A stretch of DNA of 64,000 nt from a virus. The stretch is from positions 1 to 64,000 of the IMG/VR virus record IMGVR_UViG_3300032770_000007. One strand, 5' to 3'. This document shows positions 9,596 through 19,138 of the stretch, piece by piece. The number at the start of each line of letters is the position of its first letter. The stretch's first letter is position 1. The notes under the pieces are model-generated. The model worked only from the letters and a program-made list of their open reading frames with translations. It had not been told where the DNA came from and made no database searches. Position numbers and translations under genes: made by a program.

Positions 9596-10315
9596 ATGAC
9601 ATTTCCCAAAGTAGATTTACCTGTCTATAAGATCAATATTCTGTCTCAAAAAGATCCGGTGGCATTCTTGCCATTTACTGTTAAAGAACAGAAAATCCTA
9701 ATGATGGCAAAGGAAAGCCAGGATACCAAAACTATTATTGATGCTGTTAGACAAATCATCAACAACTGTCTATTAGACAAAAATATTGATGTTGATAAAC
9801 TACCCATGGTTGATCTAGAATGGCTCATGGTCAACATCCAGGCCAGATCGGCTGGTGAAAAAGTTCCTGTCTATTACAAGTGTAACAATATAGTAGAAGG
9901 TAACGTCTGTAATATGATCATGGATCTAGAAGTGGATCTATTGAAAACTGAAGTAGTCAATAAGGATGTAGATTTGAAGATAATGATAACCAGCAATATT
10001 GGTATTGTGATGAAACTGCCTACATTTGAAACTACTCAAAAACTAGTAACAGCCAATACAGAGAAACTTGATATCATCCTATCTTCTTTATGCATTGATT
10101 ATGTGTTTGATGAACAATCAGTAATGCCAGCTAAAGATGCCAAAGAAGAAGAGTTGATTGCCTTCATAGAAGGTCTTCCATCTGCTAAATATGAAGCAAT
10201 AGAACAGTTCTTTGATAACTGTCCTGTTATTAGATTAGATTTGGAGACAGATTGTCCTAAGTGTAAGTTTCATCATAAGATTACTCTGGAGGGACTAGAA
10301 GATTTTTTTACGTAA
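9596..10315 (+). CDS. gp26: Baseplate hub assembly chaperone gp26
   Basis: PKVDLPVY, PFTVKEQKILMMAKES, DLEWL...I.ARS.GE, CPKC, terminal EGLEDFF. Confidence 0.92.
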   Translation: MTFPKVDLPVYKINILSQKDPVAFLPFTVKEQKILMMAKESQDTKTIIDAVRQIINNCLLDKNIDVDKLPMVDLEWLMVNIQARSAGEKVPVYYKCNNIVEGNVCNMIMDLEVDLLKTEVVNKDVDLKIMITSNIGIVMKLPTFETTQKLVTANTEKLDIILSSLCIDYVFDEQSVMPAKDAKEEELIAFIEGLPSAKYEAIEQFFDNCPVIRLDLETDCPKCKFHHKITLEGLEDFFT

Positions 10316-10542
10316 GCCTTCCAGAAGAAGGCCTGAGACAACATTACCTAACGACATTTGTTCTTCTTTATCATCACAAGATGGATCCAAGGATATTTGA
10401 TGAAATGATACCCTGGGAAAAAGACATTATCTTGAATTTAATGATTAAAGAAGTTGAAGAAGAGAACTTGAAGAAAGAACTAGCGATGGCCAATAAAAGA
10501 GCACAAACTAAGAAAGCACCAATGAGAAAGAAGAATGGCTAA
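10303..10542 (+). CDS. gp51: gp51-like hub assembly catalyst, -1 frame continuation of gp26
   Basis: Translation FFYVSLPEEGLRQHYLTTFVLLYHHKMDPRIFDEMIPWEKDIILNLM matches the gp51 pattern (Y..F.L..HHK...MIPWE); no ATG/GTG/TTG ahead of the conserved block. Confidence 0.8.
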   Translation, partial: FFYVSLPEEGLRQHYLTTFVLLYHHKMDPRIFDEMIPWEKDIILNLMIKEVEEENLKKELAMANKRAQTKKAPMRKKNG

Positions 10543-12211
10543 GACACCAACTGGAGTTAAACTTGATGAACTGGTGAGTAGTTTGAGAACTCAGAATCTT
10601 CAGATTCCTGAAAATATTCAAAATTTGTTAACAGAACAACAAAAGGCCAAAGTAGAAAAACAACAGGCAAAGAAACTCAAGCATCCTGGTTCCATGGAAG
10701 AACAAATCAAACAGGCCATGGAAAAGACTGAAAAGGCTAAAGAAGACGAGACTGAAAAACCTAAAAATGAGACAGTCAAGAAAACTAAATCTAATAGGTT
10801 TGGCGCAGGCACCAGAACCTTTGCTTATCATTTTCTAAAAAATCTTGTTGGTAGAGATATTGCTGGTAAGTTGATCAAAAAAACAGATCAAGAGATTACT
10901 TCAGATACAAAACCAAAATCAAGTAGCACCCAAACTGATCTTAAACACATTAAGTTATTGGTTGAAGAGATCCATGACCATTTGTTGGGTAAAGGAAAAG
11001 GGATTCTTAGAACCAAAGGACCTTCAAGATATAAGACCTTCACTGGTTCATTTAAAAGAAACTTCCTGGGCCATTTTGGAGTAGCAACAAAAACCAAACC
11101 TAATGTTGAAAAGGCATATAAAGAAGTAACCCCAAAGTCTGCTGAAAAACTACCTGTGGCTAATATAAATGAAGACACGTTGGCTGCTGCAGATCAAAGT
11201 CATGCTGCTAAAACTAAGCTTGAAGTATCACAGGCCGCATCTCAAAAAGCCATTCAGGATAAACTAGAAAAAATCAAAGAGGATGTAGAGAAGATAAAAA
11301 AGAAATCTTCCTTGAGTATAGGAGCCATTGGTTTATTGTTAGCTGCTGCTTTGAAGAAACTATGGAGCAAGTTAGATAGTCTTTTACTCAAACCTCTTTG
11401 GAAATTATTGAAGGGTATGAGTTTGACACTAGCAGGATTAGCAACAAAAATCATTAGCAAAATTTGGCAACTAATGAAGAATGCAGCCAAAGGAGTGATT
11501 GGTGGAGCAAAAAATCTAATCAAGAAGGGAGCTGGTGCTGTTGAAAACTTCTTGGTTGATCATCCCATTATAGGAATGGGAGCCAGAGCATTAGGTGCTG
11601 CTGGTGCTACAGCTGCTACTTTCCTAGGAGTTCAGAAAGCAGCAGACTATGAATTGAACCAATCTCTTCAACAAGGTTGGCCAATGCTAAAGAAAGAATA
11701 TGGTCTAGAACCTATTGTAAGCAAACCTGGTCATTTCTTGTTGAAAGGCAAAGAAGTTACTCGTGATAATTTGCCAGATCAATACAAAACTTTGATTGAT
11801 GCTTACACAGGTGATACAAGAGGAGGAACTGCCAAGAAAGCTCAAATGGAAGTGAAACAGCATCAATCTGATTACGATGCTCTTAAGATTACTCCAAAAG
11901 TTGAAAACAAACCACAACCACAAGTTCAGAAACCAATTGCTCAGGTACAAAAACCCATGCCAGCACCTAAACAGGCTCCAGATAGATTGGCTGTTGCTTC
12001 ATCAACCAATGCTGATCTTAAGGATAAACAAAAATCTTCACCAGAAGTGATAGTGATAAAGGGTGGAAATAAAATTACCCAGGCACCAAAACAACAAGAT
12101 CAAACAGCAACAGTTACCGTGATTGCTCCAAGAAATCCTGAATCCTCATTTAGTCGTTTGTCTTCTATCACCTATGATGATCCAGGCTCTTACACTTCTC
12201 TGACCAAATAA
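10535..12211 (+). CDS. Probable tail tape measure / gp29-like hub protein
   Basis: 558 aa, helical, Ala/Gly/Lys-rich hydrophobic core, position directly after gp26/gp51. Confidence 0.6.
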   Translation: MAKTPTGVKLDELVSSLRTQNLQIPENIQNLLTEQQKAKVEKQQAKKLKHPGSMEEQIKQAMEKTEKAKEDETEKPKNETVKKTKSNRFGAGTRTFAYHFLKNLVGRDIAGKLIKKTDQEITSDTKPKSSSTQTDLKHIKLLVEEIHDHLLGKGKGILRTKGPSRYKTFTGSFKRNFLGHFGVATKTKPNVEKAYKEVTPKSAEKLPVANINEDTLAAADQSHAAKTKLEVSQAASQKAIQDKLEKIKEDVEKIKKKSSLSIGAIGLLLAAALKKLWSKLDSLLLKPLWKLLKGMSLTLAGLATKIISKIWQLMKNAAKGVIGGAKNLIKKGAGAVENFLVDHPIIGMGARALGAAGATAATFLGVQKAADYELNQSLQQGWPMLKKEYGLEPIVSKPGHFLLKGKEVTRDNLPDQYKTLIDAYTGDTRGGTAKKAQMEVKQHQSDYDALKITPKVENKPQPQVQKPIAQVQKPMPAPKQAPDRLAVASSTNADLKDKQKSSPEVIVIKGGNKITQAPKQQDQTATVTVIAPRNPESSFSRLSSITYDDPGSYTSLTK

Positions 12212-12801
12212 CATTTATGTTTTGCTATATTTGATACATTAGTTTCTTTTTTACAACTAATACAAGAACAACGTCTATAAAGTTGTATTTGACTAAGAGT
12301 TCTCTTAACTTCATCAGAATGATGTCTACCACGTTGATGATTATCTAATCCAGTCAATCCGGTATTCCATGGTTTATAACCTATCTTGGCTATACGCATC
12401 TTTTCGATTGATTCTAATGACATTGATTGTCCTTTATTCCATGGAATCTGCAATCCCTTAGTCCCTTTATTCCAAGGCGATTTCCCTTTCCTACATTTAC
12501 TCATTTCCAGAGAAAGTTTTCTCTTAACCCATCCATAAAGTTTATTATTGATACGTTGACCATTTTTATCAACCGTCATCATATAAGCTGCTCTGATCAA
12601 AGCAGTTTTCTTTGGATATATTTTTACTAATAGTTGATGAGCTACATAATGTTCTTCTGGTGTAAGAAATGCAATATTGTCTTTAGTATATTTGCCTCCC
12701 ATACAACCAGGAACTATTCTGTGTCTCTCTAAATAAAAATCGGGCACCTTTTGCTTCGGTGCCCGATCCATCAACTTCTTATAATGGTACATATAATTCA
12801 T
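12190..12801 (-). CDS. HNH homing endonuclease with PWNKG repeats
   Basis: ERHRIVPGCMGG, LTPEEHYVAHQLLVKIYP; paralog of 1469..2035; late promoter at 12807-12813. Confidence 0.85.
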   Translation of the reverse strand: MNYMYHYKKLMDRAPKQKVPDFYLERHRIVPGCMGGKYTKDNIAFLTPEEHYVAHQLLVKIYPKKTALIRAAYMMTVDKNGQRINNKLYGWVKRKLSLEMSKCRKGKSPWNKGTKGLQIPWNKGQSMSLESIEKMRIAKIGYKPWNTGLTGLDNHQRGRHHSDEVKRTLSQIQLYRRCSCISCKKETNVSNIAKHKCYLVREV

Positions 12802-12829
12802 GTACCTATTTAGTAAGTTGCCGCGTTTG

Positions 12830-13777
12830 CTAACCTAGGTCCCTTGCTAACTTCGCGAAAGTTTCGAATTCATCCTCATCAGTAGTTGCAACAGCTTTTG
12901 CTATTTCAGCATCAGCTTCCTGGGCTGTTGGGACATCCTCAGAACTATCCCCCGAAACGTCCTCTGCAGTCCTACGAGCCGCGATTGGACCTGACTCTCC
13001 TACCAACCCAAGCACTCTATCTAACTTCTCTTTAAGTTGTTCATATGTCTTGAATTTCTCAGGAGCCACCTCTGCTTTCAAAGAATAACACTGACGCCAG
13101 ATAGCCTCAATCTTCTTATCATCAGAGAATAGTGGTGATGACTTGTCATCAAAACGTGACTTATCATAGTTACGATAGCCTTCTACCTTACGAATGCTAA
13201 GTTTGAAGTTACCACCTTCCCAAAAGTTGAAAGGATTATAGACCTGATCTTCAGGATCACGATTAACCACATTGCCCTTCTCATCAACTTCCTGATCAAT
13301 AGCAGCCTTGTACTTAATCATGTCCATGATCTTCTTACCATAAGAATAAAGAAAGACCTTCCCTTCATTCTCTGGATGAGCTGCATCCTTCACAACAAGA
13401 ATGTTGCTAATATAACTCAGGCGTCTCTTCTGTTCACGAGCCTTGTCCTGATTGGCCTTGATATTGGTGTTCCATAGCTTGCTATTATACTCACTAACAG
13501 GATCACTCTTACCAAGAGTTGTCAAAGAGTTCTCAATGTAATATTGTCCTGTTGGTCCTTTGAAACCATGATTGAACAACACAACATAAGGTTGCGCATC
13601 ATCACCATCAACAGCAGGAGCATCGAGAAAACGGATAACAGCGAAACCATTACCTGCCTTGTCAACAGTTGGTTGCCAATATCTTTCATCTCTTTGGAAC
13701 TTGGTATTTTGTGCTTCTAGAGTTTTCTGAAGCTTTTCTATGGAAGAATTTTTTCTAAGTTTTGCGAAATCAGTCAT
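12830..13777 (-). CDS. gp32: Single-stranded DNA-binding protein gp32
   Basis: DERYWQPTVDKAGNGFAVIRFL, HGFKGPTGQYYIENSLTTLG..DPV, EGKVFLY.YGKKI, YRNYDKSRF, acidic tail. Confidence 0.97.
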   Translation of the reverse strand: MTDFAKLRKNSSIEKLQKTLEAQNTKFQRDERYWQPTVDKAGNGFAVIRFLDAPAVDGDDAQPYVVLFNHGFKGPTGQYYIENSLTTLGKSDPVSEYNSKLWNTNIKANQDKAREQKRRLSYISNILVVKDAAHPENEGKVFLYSYGKKIMDMIKYKAAIDQEVDEKGNVVNRDPEDQVYNPFNFWEGGNFKLSIRKVEGYRNYDKSRFDDKSSPLFSDDKKIEAIWRQCYSLKAEVAPEKFKTYEQLKEKLDRVLGLVGESGPIAARRTAEDVSGDSSEDVPTAQEADAEIAKAVATTDEDEFETFAKLARDLG

Positions 13778-13978
13778 TTGTATTACCTCGTATGTCGTAT
13801 GTCATGTATGTTTATTCACTTGTTTCATCATATCTTCTATTTAGCCAAAACCAACCCAACATCGCCAGGATTGCCCCAATAATAGAAGCCATTTCCCTAT
13901 GTTCTGTCCAACCAAAAAGTAGTCCAAAAGTGACAGAACCAATCAATGCTGCACAGGTGTATTCATAAAGAGTTCTAA

Positions 13979-14212
13979 TCATTTTGGATGTGGCTTACTG
14001 ATGGCCATACTGTGGCCATCAAAACAATAAACTGATTCTATGTTTTGCTGATAAAGAAGATAATAATCTACTCCTTCATGATCTTTACATGCATCCTGTG
14101 CTTCTTTATATTCTGTGTCAAAAATATAATGAGGAGAATAAGCAGCCGAACAACCCACCAGGTGTCCCACTATTAAAATCGCTACCAACAACCACAAATA
14201 TTTAATCAACAC
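13979..14212 (-). CDS. Small putative lipoprotein
   Basis: Hydrophobic N-terminus ending LVGC lipobox. Confidence 0.5.
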   Translation of the reverse strand: MLIKYLWLLVAILIVGHLVGCSAAYSPHYIFDTEYKEAQDACKDHEGVDYYLLYQQNIESVYCFDGHSMAISKPHPK

Positions 14213-15185
14213 TGAAGCCTACCTTGCGACGCATTTTACCACGAGCATCTTCGCCTGTAGGTCTGTTACCTACCATTGCCTTGATGCGCTCAATGGTCTC
14301 GCTAAAACTTTTGCCAAGACACTCAATAGATACCACAACTTCTTTAAGAGCAGCTATTGAGAAATCCTTGGTGTTGTTTACCCACCTATCTAGTTCTTCC
14401 TGATCAGCTGCCAATCTTGGATTCTTAACCTTGAGATATGCTTCTCTGGCCTGTGGACTTGGCATGTCAATCAAAAGAACTTCATCAAATCTGCTTGGTC
14501 TTCTTACAAATCTATCATCCAATTCATCTGGATAATTTGTAGTGGCGATGTACACCACATTATCAATCTGTAGTTCGCCATCCAGAAGAGCCAAGAGATC
14601 AGGCTCACCAAATCTCTGAATGACTGCATCAATATCCTCAATCAACACAACCACTGGACGATGTTTTTCAATACGTCTAAACACTCTCAAAGCCTCAGCA
14701 GTTACGGCTGGTGAGTTACAATAGACAGAAATACCGTCCTTTTCTATGATCTGCATTGATAGCTGCTGTAGCAAAGAGGTCTTACCAGAGCCAGGAGGAC
14801 CATATAGCAGCATACCTCTTTTCCAAAGAAAGTTGAACTGTCTAAAAAACTTTTCTCTTGACCAAAAATCATTGATAGAATTCAAAACATTCTGGCCTTG
14901 TGAATCAGGTAAAACCAACAACTCATCCAGGTTGACATCCTTCTTTACCAAATATACTCCTCTTTGTTCACTATACATTGGAATATATTGGCCAGCTGGC
15001 ACTCTCTTTTCTGCTTTATCACAAGGGAAATATGAGTCTCCATGAACAGACCACATTTTCTGATCACCAAAAAGTATCTGTTGTTTGATGCTTTCTTCAC
15101 TATCATTATCCATTCCATCACTTAAATCTCTACTGCGGAACAGTGTAGAAGTTGGAACTGCTGAGGTGACACTATTTCTACCCAT
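14202..15185 (-). CDS. AAA+ ATPase
   Basis: RGMLLYGPPGSGKT Walker A, LIEDID Walker B, ATTNYP..LD.RF.RRPSRFD. Confidence 0.9.
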   Translation of the reverse strand: MGRNSVTSAVPTSTLFRSRDLSDGMDNDSEESIKQQILFGDQKMWSVHGDSYFPCDKAEKRVPAGQYIPMYSEQRGVYLVKKDVNLDELLVLPDSQGQNVLNSINDFWSREKFFRQFNFLWKRGMLLYGPPGSGKTSLLQQLSMQIIEKDGISVYCNSPAVTAEALRVFRRIEKHRPVVVLIEDIDAVIQRFGEPDLLALLDGELQIDNVVYIATTNYPDELDDRFVRRPSRFDEVLLIDMPSPQAREAYLKVKNPRLAADQEELDRWVNNTKDFSIAALKEVVVSIECLGKSFSETIERIKAMVGNRPTGEDARGKMRRKVGFSVD

Positions 15186-15835
15186 TATATAACTCCTAAT
15201 ATTTCTTTAATAATTGCTTTGTATTTGTCTATATCAAAATATTTGTATTCATATATGAAAGGTCTAAAATTCAAATATTGTTTATAAAATGTTTGCCATA
15301 TGATGTCATTTTGTAGATTCTTGTTCCAACCTTCTGTTAGGTGCATGAAGTAATCTAAAATAATCAATGTCTCTAGATTAATCTGATTACCTTGTACCAT
15401 TTCAAAAAGTTTTGGATAAGCATTCTCTTCACAGACTATTAATGATTTAAAAGTATCTTTGATGGGTGTTAGTTGATCTGTTAGAAGTTGTTCTCTATTA
15501 TTTTGATCTTCTCTCCAGGCTATAAATCTATCCATTTGTTGTAAATCAAAGACATCATGAACCCAAATTTTAGGATTATGATAAAAACATAATGCAAGAA
15601 AATAAGTAGAATCTTCATTAACTATCATGTTATGCTGATCAAACAATCTACCTAGTTTTACAAAAGAGTACTTATCTGATCTCTTATTAAAAACTGCAAG
15701 AGTGCCTTCTACCTTACCACTATATTTGAAAAAATCATAATCAGTGTTAAAGTGCAACCATGTGGCCTTGAACAGTTTATAAGCAAAAAATCCCTTAAAA
15801 CCACCAATCAATTTTTCTAATCCTCTATCGGCCAT
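15185..15835 (-). CDS. gp59: Helicase loader gp59
   Basis: LHF..DYDFFKY.GK...F.KR.DKY.F.KL, INLETLIILD; synteny gp33-gp59-gp32. Confidence 0.88.
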   Translation of the reverse strand: MADRGLEKLIGGFKGFFAYKLFKATWLHFNTDYDFFKYSGKVEGTLAVFNKRSDKYSFVKLGRLFDQHNMIVNEDSTYFLALCFYHNPKIWVHDVFDLQQMDRFIAWREDQNNREQLLTDQLTPIKDTFKSLIVCEENAYPKLFEMVQGNQINLETLIILDYFMHLTEGWNKNLQNDIIWQTFYKQYLNFRPFIYEYKYFDIDKYKAIIKEILGVI

Positions 15836-16158
15836 CTTATGTGCATCAAAAATCCTGTTCTGCCATTTTTGCTGTGCCTAACAATAGCTGTTAGGTAATA
15901 TATTTTACTAACATTCTCTTTAAGAGTATATATCAATATCAATTCAACCTTTTGATTGGTACTAAAAACATAACCATTAGATTGAAGTAAAATCCCTTGC
16001 TGACAAATGTTAATAGATTTAAATTTAACTATCTTCCGTTTGTGCTCTTTATCTTCTATGATTAGAAATACATTATCTACTAAATCAAATCTCTTATAGA
16101 ACCGTTTCTCAACAAACTCATTATCTGTTGTTTGAATAGCCTGTTCTACATTCTCCAT
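15817..16158 (-). CDS. PilZ-like domain protein
   Basis: EKRFYKRF (RxxxR), NICQQG (N-x-S/C-x-x-G), A.VRH...G..G pattern. Confidence 0.55.
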   Translation of the reverse strand: MENVEQAIQTTDNEFVEKRFYKRFDLVDNVFLIIEDKEHKRKIVKFKSINICQQGILLQSNGYVFSTNQKVELILIYTLKENVSKIYYLTAIVRHSKNGRTGFLMHIRWPIED

Positions 16159-16164
16159 TCATTT

Positions 16165-16386
16165 TTACAGAGGGAGTTTAGCAGAATGTCCTGGCAACAT
16201 CCGTAATGCTTTAGCCTCTGCCTCTATCTTCTTTTTTAGTTGAGTATTTATCAAAGTCTTTACCATTTCAATCTCTAAACCAGTCTGTTCGCAATGATTA
16301 ATAATTGCCTCCATATGGGAACAGTTATCATCAATAGCCTTGCGTTCTATATACTGAGAAAACTTAGTCTTGTTATCAAGTCGCAT
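16165..16386 (-). CDS. gp33: Late transcription coactivator gp33
   Basis: FS..IE......SHMEAII.HCE..GLEIE....LI...LK.KIEAEA..L.ML......LPL. Confidence 0.9.
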   Translation of the reverse strand: MRLDNKTKFSQYIERKAIDDNCSHMEAIINHCEQTGLEIEMVKTLINTQLKKKIEAEAKALRMLPGHSAKLPL

Positions 16387-17428
16387 TCAGGCTACCATTT
16401 AGTTGATGATTGACTTTGATGAAATGAGGATCCTTCTGAAGTTCAGGAATGGTCCTGGCTCCAACATATAGCATGCCACTACGCAGGCCATTCAAATATC
16501 TTTGAACCGTATTTACTATAGACCCTCTATATCTTATTTTAACTTCTTTACCTTCTGATGATCTATAATCAGCCAGACCGCCATTATGAAGTTCCTGAGC
16601 CTTCTTGCTGGCCATGCCATGGAAAGGCAAACCACCATTAACAATATCCTTCAGTTCTGCTTCAGAATAGCCTTCCTTATGCCCCGCAAACTGTCCACCA
16701 ATCATGACAAAATCAGCACCACCAGCAAAAGCCTTGACCATGTCACCAGGACAGGTGATGCCTCCATCAGCGCAGATTTGGCCTTTTACTTTTCTGGCTG
16801 CTTCTACACATTCTAATAATGCAGAAAACTGAGGATATCCAACTCCTGTTTCTTGTCGAGTTGTACAAACAGAACCAGGACCAATACCAATCTTTACTAT
16901 ATCAACACCAACAGAAAACAACTGACTTACTCTTTGAGGAGTAACAACATTTCCGGCCATCAATACATAATGCCGATATCCTAGTGCCAACTTCTGTGCT
17001 ATTCTCAAAAAACTATCTGTATAAGCATTGGCCACATCCAAACATAAAGCACTTGGACCTTTGATATTTTCCTTGAGCAATGCATTTTCAAATGCCTGTA
17101 GTTTGTCTAAATCTGCCTGACCAGAACCCAAAGAATATATGGTATATCTGGCCACATCCTTATTCTCACGATAAAATCTTAGGAGTTCTTCTAAAGTGTA
17201 ATGCTTATTCAAACAAGTAAGAAGACTATACTTTGACAATACTTTTGCTATCTCAAATGTGCCTATATGATCCATGTTAGCAGCAATAATAGGCACAGTG
17301 TCTGTGAATTTGAAAAGATATTTGGTAAGTAATACTTCTTGTCTAGACTCTGGTCCATTGATTACTTGTTTTGGGACTAGCATGACATCAGCATAATCTA
17401 ACTTCACATCATTATCTATAACCACCAT
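16376..17428 (-). CDS. guaC: GMP reductase
   Basis: KLDYADVMLVPK, PIIAANMD, DVANAY, GIGPGSVCTTR..TGVGYPQ, ADGG, YRSSEGK; start probably ATG 17428. Confidence 0.9.
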   Translation of the reverse strand: MVVIDNDVKLDYADVMLVPKQVINGPESRQEVLLTKYLFKFTDTVPIIAANMDHIGTFEIAKVLSKYSLLTCLNKHYTLEELLRFYRENKDVARYTIYSLGSGQADLDKLQAFENALLKENIKGPSALCLDVANAYTDSFLRIAQKLALGYRHYVLMAGNVVTPQRVSQLFSVGVDIVKIGIGPGSVCTTRQETGVGYPQFSALLECVEAARKVKGQICADGGITCPGDMVKAFAGGADFVMIGGQFAGHKEGYSEAELKDIVNGGLPFHGMASKKAQELHNGGLADYRSSEGKEVKIRYRGSIVNTVQRYLNGLRSGMLYVGARTIPELQKDPHFIKVNHQLNGSLNAT

Positions 17429-17669
17429 TTCCACCATCTTTTCTTTATTGGACGAGGAGTATATGTACCCAAATTCACTATACACATCATCCTACAAAAG
17501 GGACAACGAAGAGTCACGTAATCAGGCACAGTTCTAGTAGCATTATGAAACTTGCCTTCAGTTCCATGAAAAGTAAACTCAGTAGCACAACAACGGCATT
17601 TACCACGATATTCGTGTTCCCAGGGCAACTTACCTTGTGTGATGATTTTCAAAAGAACTCCATAATAAA

Positions 17670-17920
17670 AGGTGGCGTATGAGTAACAGAGAACACCACC
17701 AGAAACTCTGGATTCAGCTTTAGGCTGCTAGTGCCATTTCTGGCAAATCGAATGCATCATCGTCGTTTGCATTTAACGTTTTGTGCTGCTTAGGGCAGTC
17801 ACCTGTCCGGTAGCCATTGATTTATTCCGCGCCCAATCGAAACCTGGTCATCCCCATATGGTGGAGATGTGGGGAATCGAACCCCAGTCTTGAACGATTT
17901 TAGTCAACAGTTATACTACC
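17670..17920 (-). ncRNA. ssrA: Two-piece (circularly permuted) tmRNA; tag ANDDDAFDLPEMALAA
   Basis: Acceptor piece (TGGGG-TTCGATT-CCCCA, CATCTCC-ACCA ending 17859) precedes the coding piece starting GGGGATG at 17855; G3:U70; tag at 17770-17720; outer ends approximate. Confidence 0.9.
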
Positions 17921-17951
17921 ATCAGAACTATTTAGTTTACTACAAATATCC

Positions 17952-18194
17952 TTAAAAGTCAATCATTTCCATGGTGTTTATCTCTTCCTCTTGTTGTTCG
18001 TACTTTTCATAAAGTTCTGCAAGTTGATTGAATGCCGAAGCCACGCATTTGGCTTGTTGTTCTGCTAATATTTCTTCATTAGATACATAATATCCAACTC
18101 CAGGAGAATAACGAGCAGGATCATATGGTTTCAAATAACCTTTAGCATACTCTCGTAAAACTTCAGAAAACTTGGGTCTCATATTTCTTTTCAT
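17952..18194 (-). CDS. Hypothetical protein
   Basis: ORF in operon orientation. Confidence 0.45.
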   Translation of the reverse strand: MKRNMRPKFSEVLREYAKGYLKPYDPARYSPGVGYYVSNEEILAEQQAKCVASAFNQLAELYEKYEQQEEEINTMEMIDF

Positions 18195-18317
18195 CCTCTG
18201 TTGAAGAAATAACTATTCTCAAACCATCAAACTCTTTGTAATATGGTATGAATAGTTCGGTTGTAGAATACCTTTGCAGATTTTCTACAACCTCTGCCAT
18301 TATAGTTTCAAAATTCT

Positions 18318-19022
18318 TCATAATGTTAGTAACTTATGCTTCATCAAATCACCACGTTCTCTAGCTGGAATAGGCATTGTGGCTACAGCCGTGACCTGAT
18401 TACCTATATCTGGTTCTAAAAATGACCAATACTTCAAACCACGATAATCCAAATCACCTTTCACAGCATTCAAAGCACTATCATCCCTCACGCCAATCAC
18501 CGTGAAATATAAACCATCAGGAGTAACATTCTTCAACTGCACCACATCATCCTTCTGAATGGTAGCTAGTTGATAGCCTGCTTTCAGAGCCACATGCGCC
18601 GCCTGAACTAACTGATAGGCTGGTGGGAGATCCTGTCTAACAAAAATATAAACATAATGTCTCTTGTAGTATTCCTCTACATCAAAATAACTATACACCA
18701 ACCAATGTACCAGTTCTTTGTATATACTTTGATACTTCTCATCCAATGCCTTGAATGGTGCATCAAGGATAGTGTTGAGTACACTAGTATTACAAATAGC
18801 AATGACCAAAGCACCAAAAGGTTTCAATCCATTATCTAACTTGATTTGTCGTTTGATGGGAGTAAATGCTTTTGCCAGGTACTGAACGATAATCTTCTTT
18901 GATTTCTCAATATCTCCATCAGTTGTTTCTAATGCTCTAAGAATAGCATACTGCACGACATGATGGGACTGGATCTGTTTTGTATTGGCCAGATGACGCC
19001 AAAGTTTTCTATAGTCTAACAT
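18318..19022 (-). CDS. Protein with C-terminal peptidyl-tRNA hydrolase 2 (Pth2)-like domain
   Basis: YVYIFVRQDL...QLVQAAHVA...FLEPDIGNQVTAVA; SD AGAGGA before ATG 19022 (ORF-track start 19115 is probably too long). Confidence 0.75.
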   Translation of the reverse strand: MLDYRKLWRHLANTKQIQSHHVVQYAILRALETTDGDIEKSKKIIVQYLAKAFTPIKRQIKLDNGLKPFGALVIAICNTSVLNTILDAPFKALDEKYQSIYKELVHWLVYSYFDVEEYYKRHYVYIFVRQDLPPAYQLVQAAHVALKAGYQLATIQKDDVVQLKNVTPDGLYFTVIGVRDDSALNAVKGDLDYRGLKYWSFLEPDIGNQVTAVATMPIPARERGDLMKHKLLTL

Positions 19023-19035
19023 TTTAGTTCCTCTT

Positions 19036-19137
19036 CTATATTTTGCTTGAAATACCTTCTGCAACATATGAAGAGGATGGAGGACCACGCGCATCATAAC
19101 AAACCTACGTATCAAGAACCTATAGACACAAACTCAT
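19036..19137 (-). promoter_or_regulatory. Leader peptide with two internal TAG codons and RGPP motif overlapping an RBS-sequestering hairpin
   Basis: GGAG-N6-ATG; MSLCL*VLDT*VCYDARGPPSSSYVAEGISSKI*; TCCTCTTC (19077-19070) pairs with GAAGAGGA (19036-19029). Confidence 0.7.
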
Positions 19138-19138
19138 T

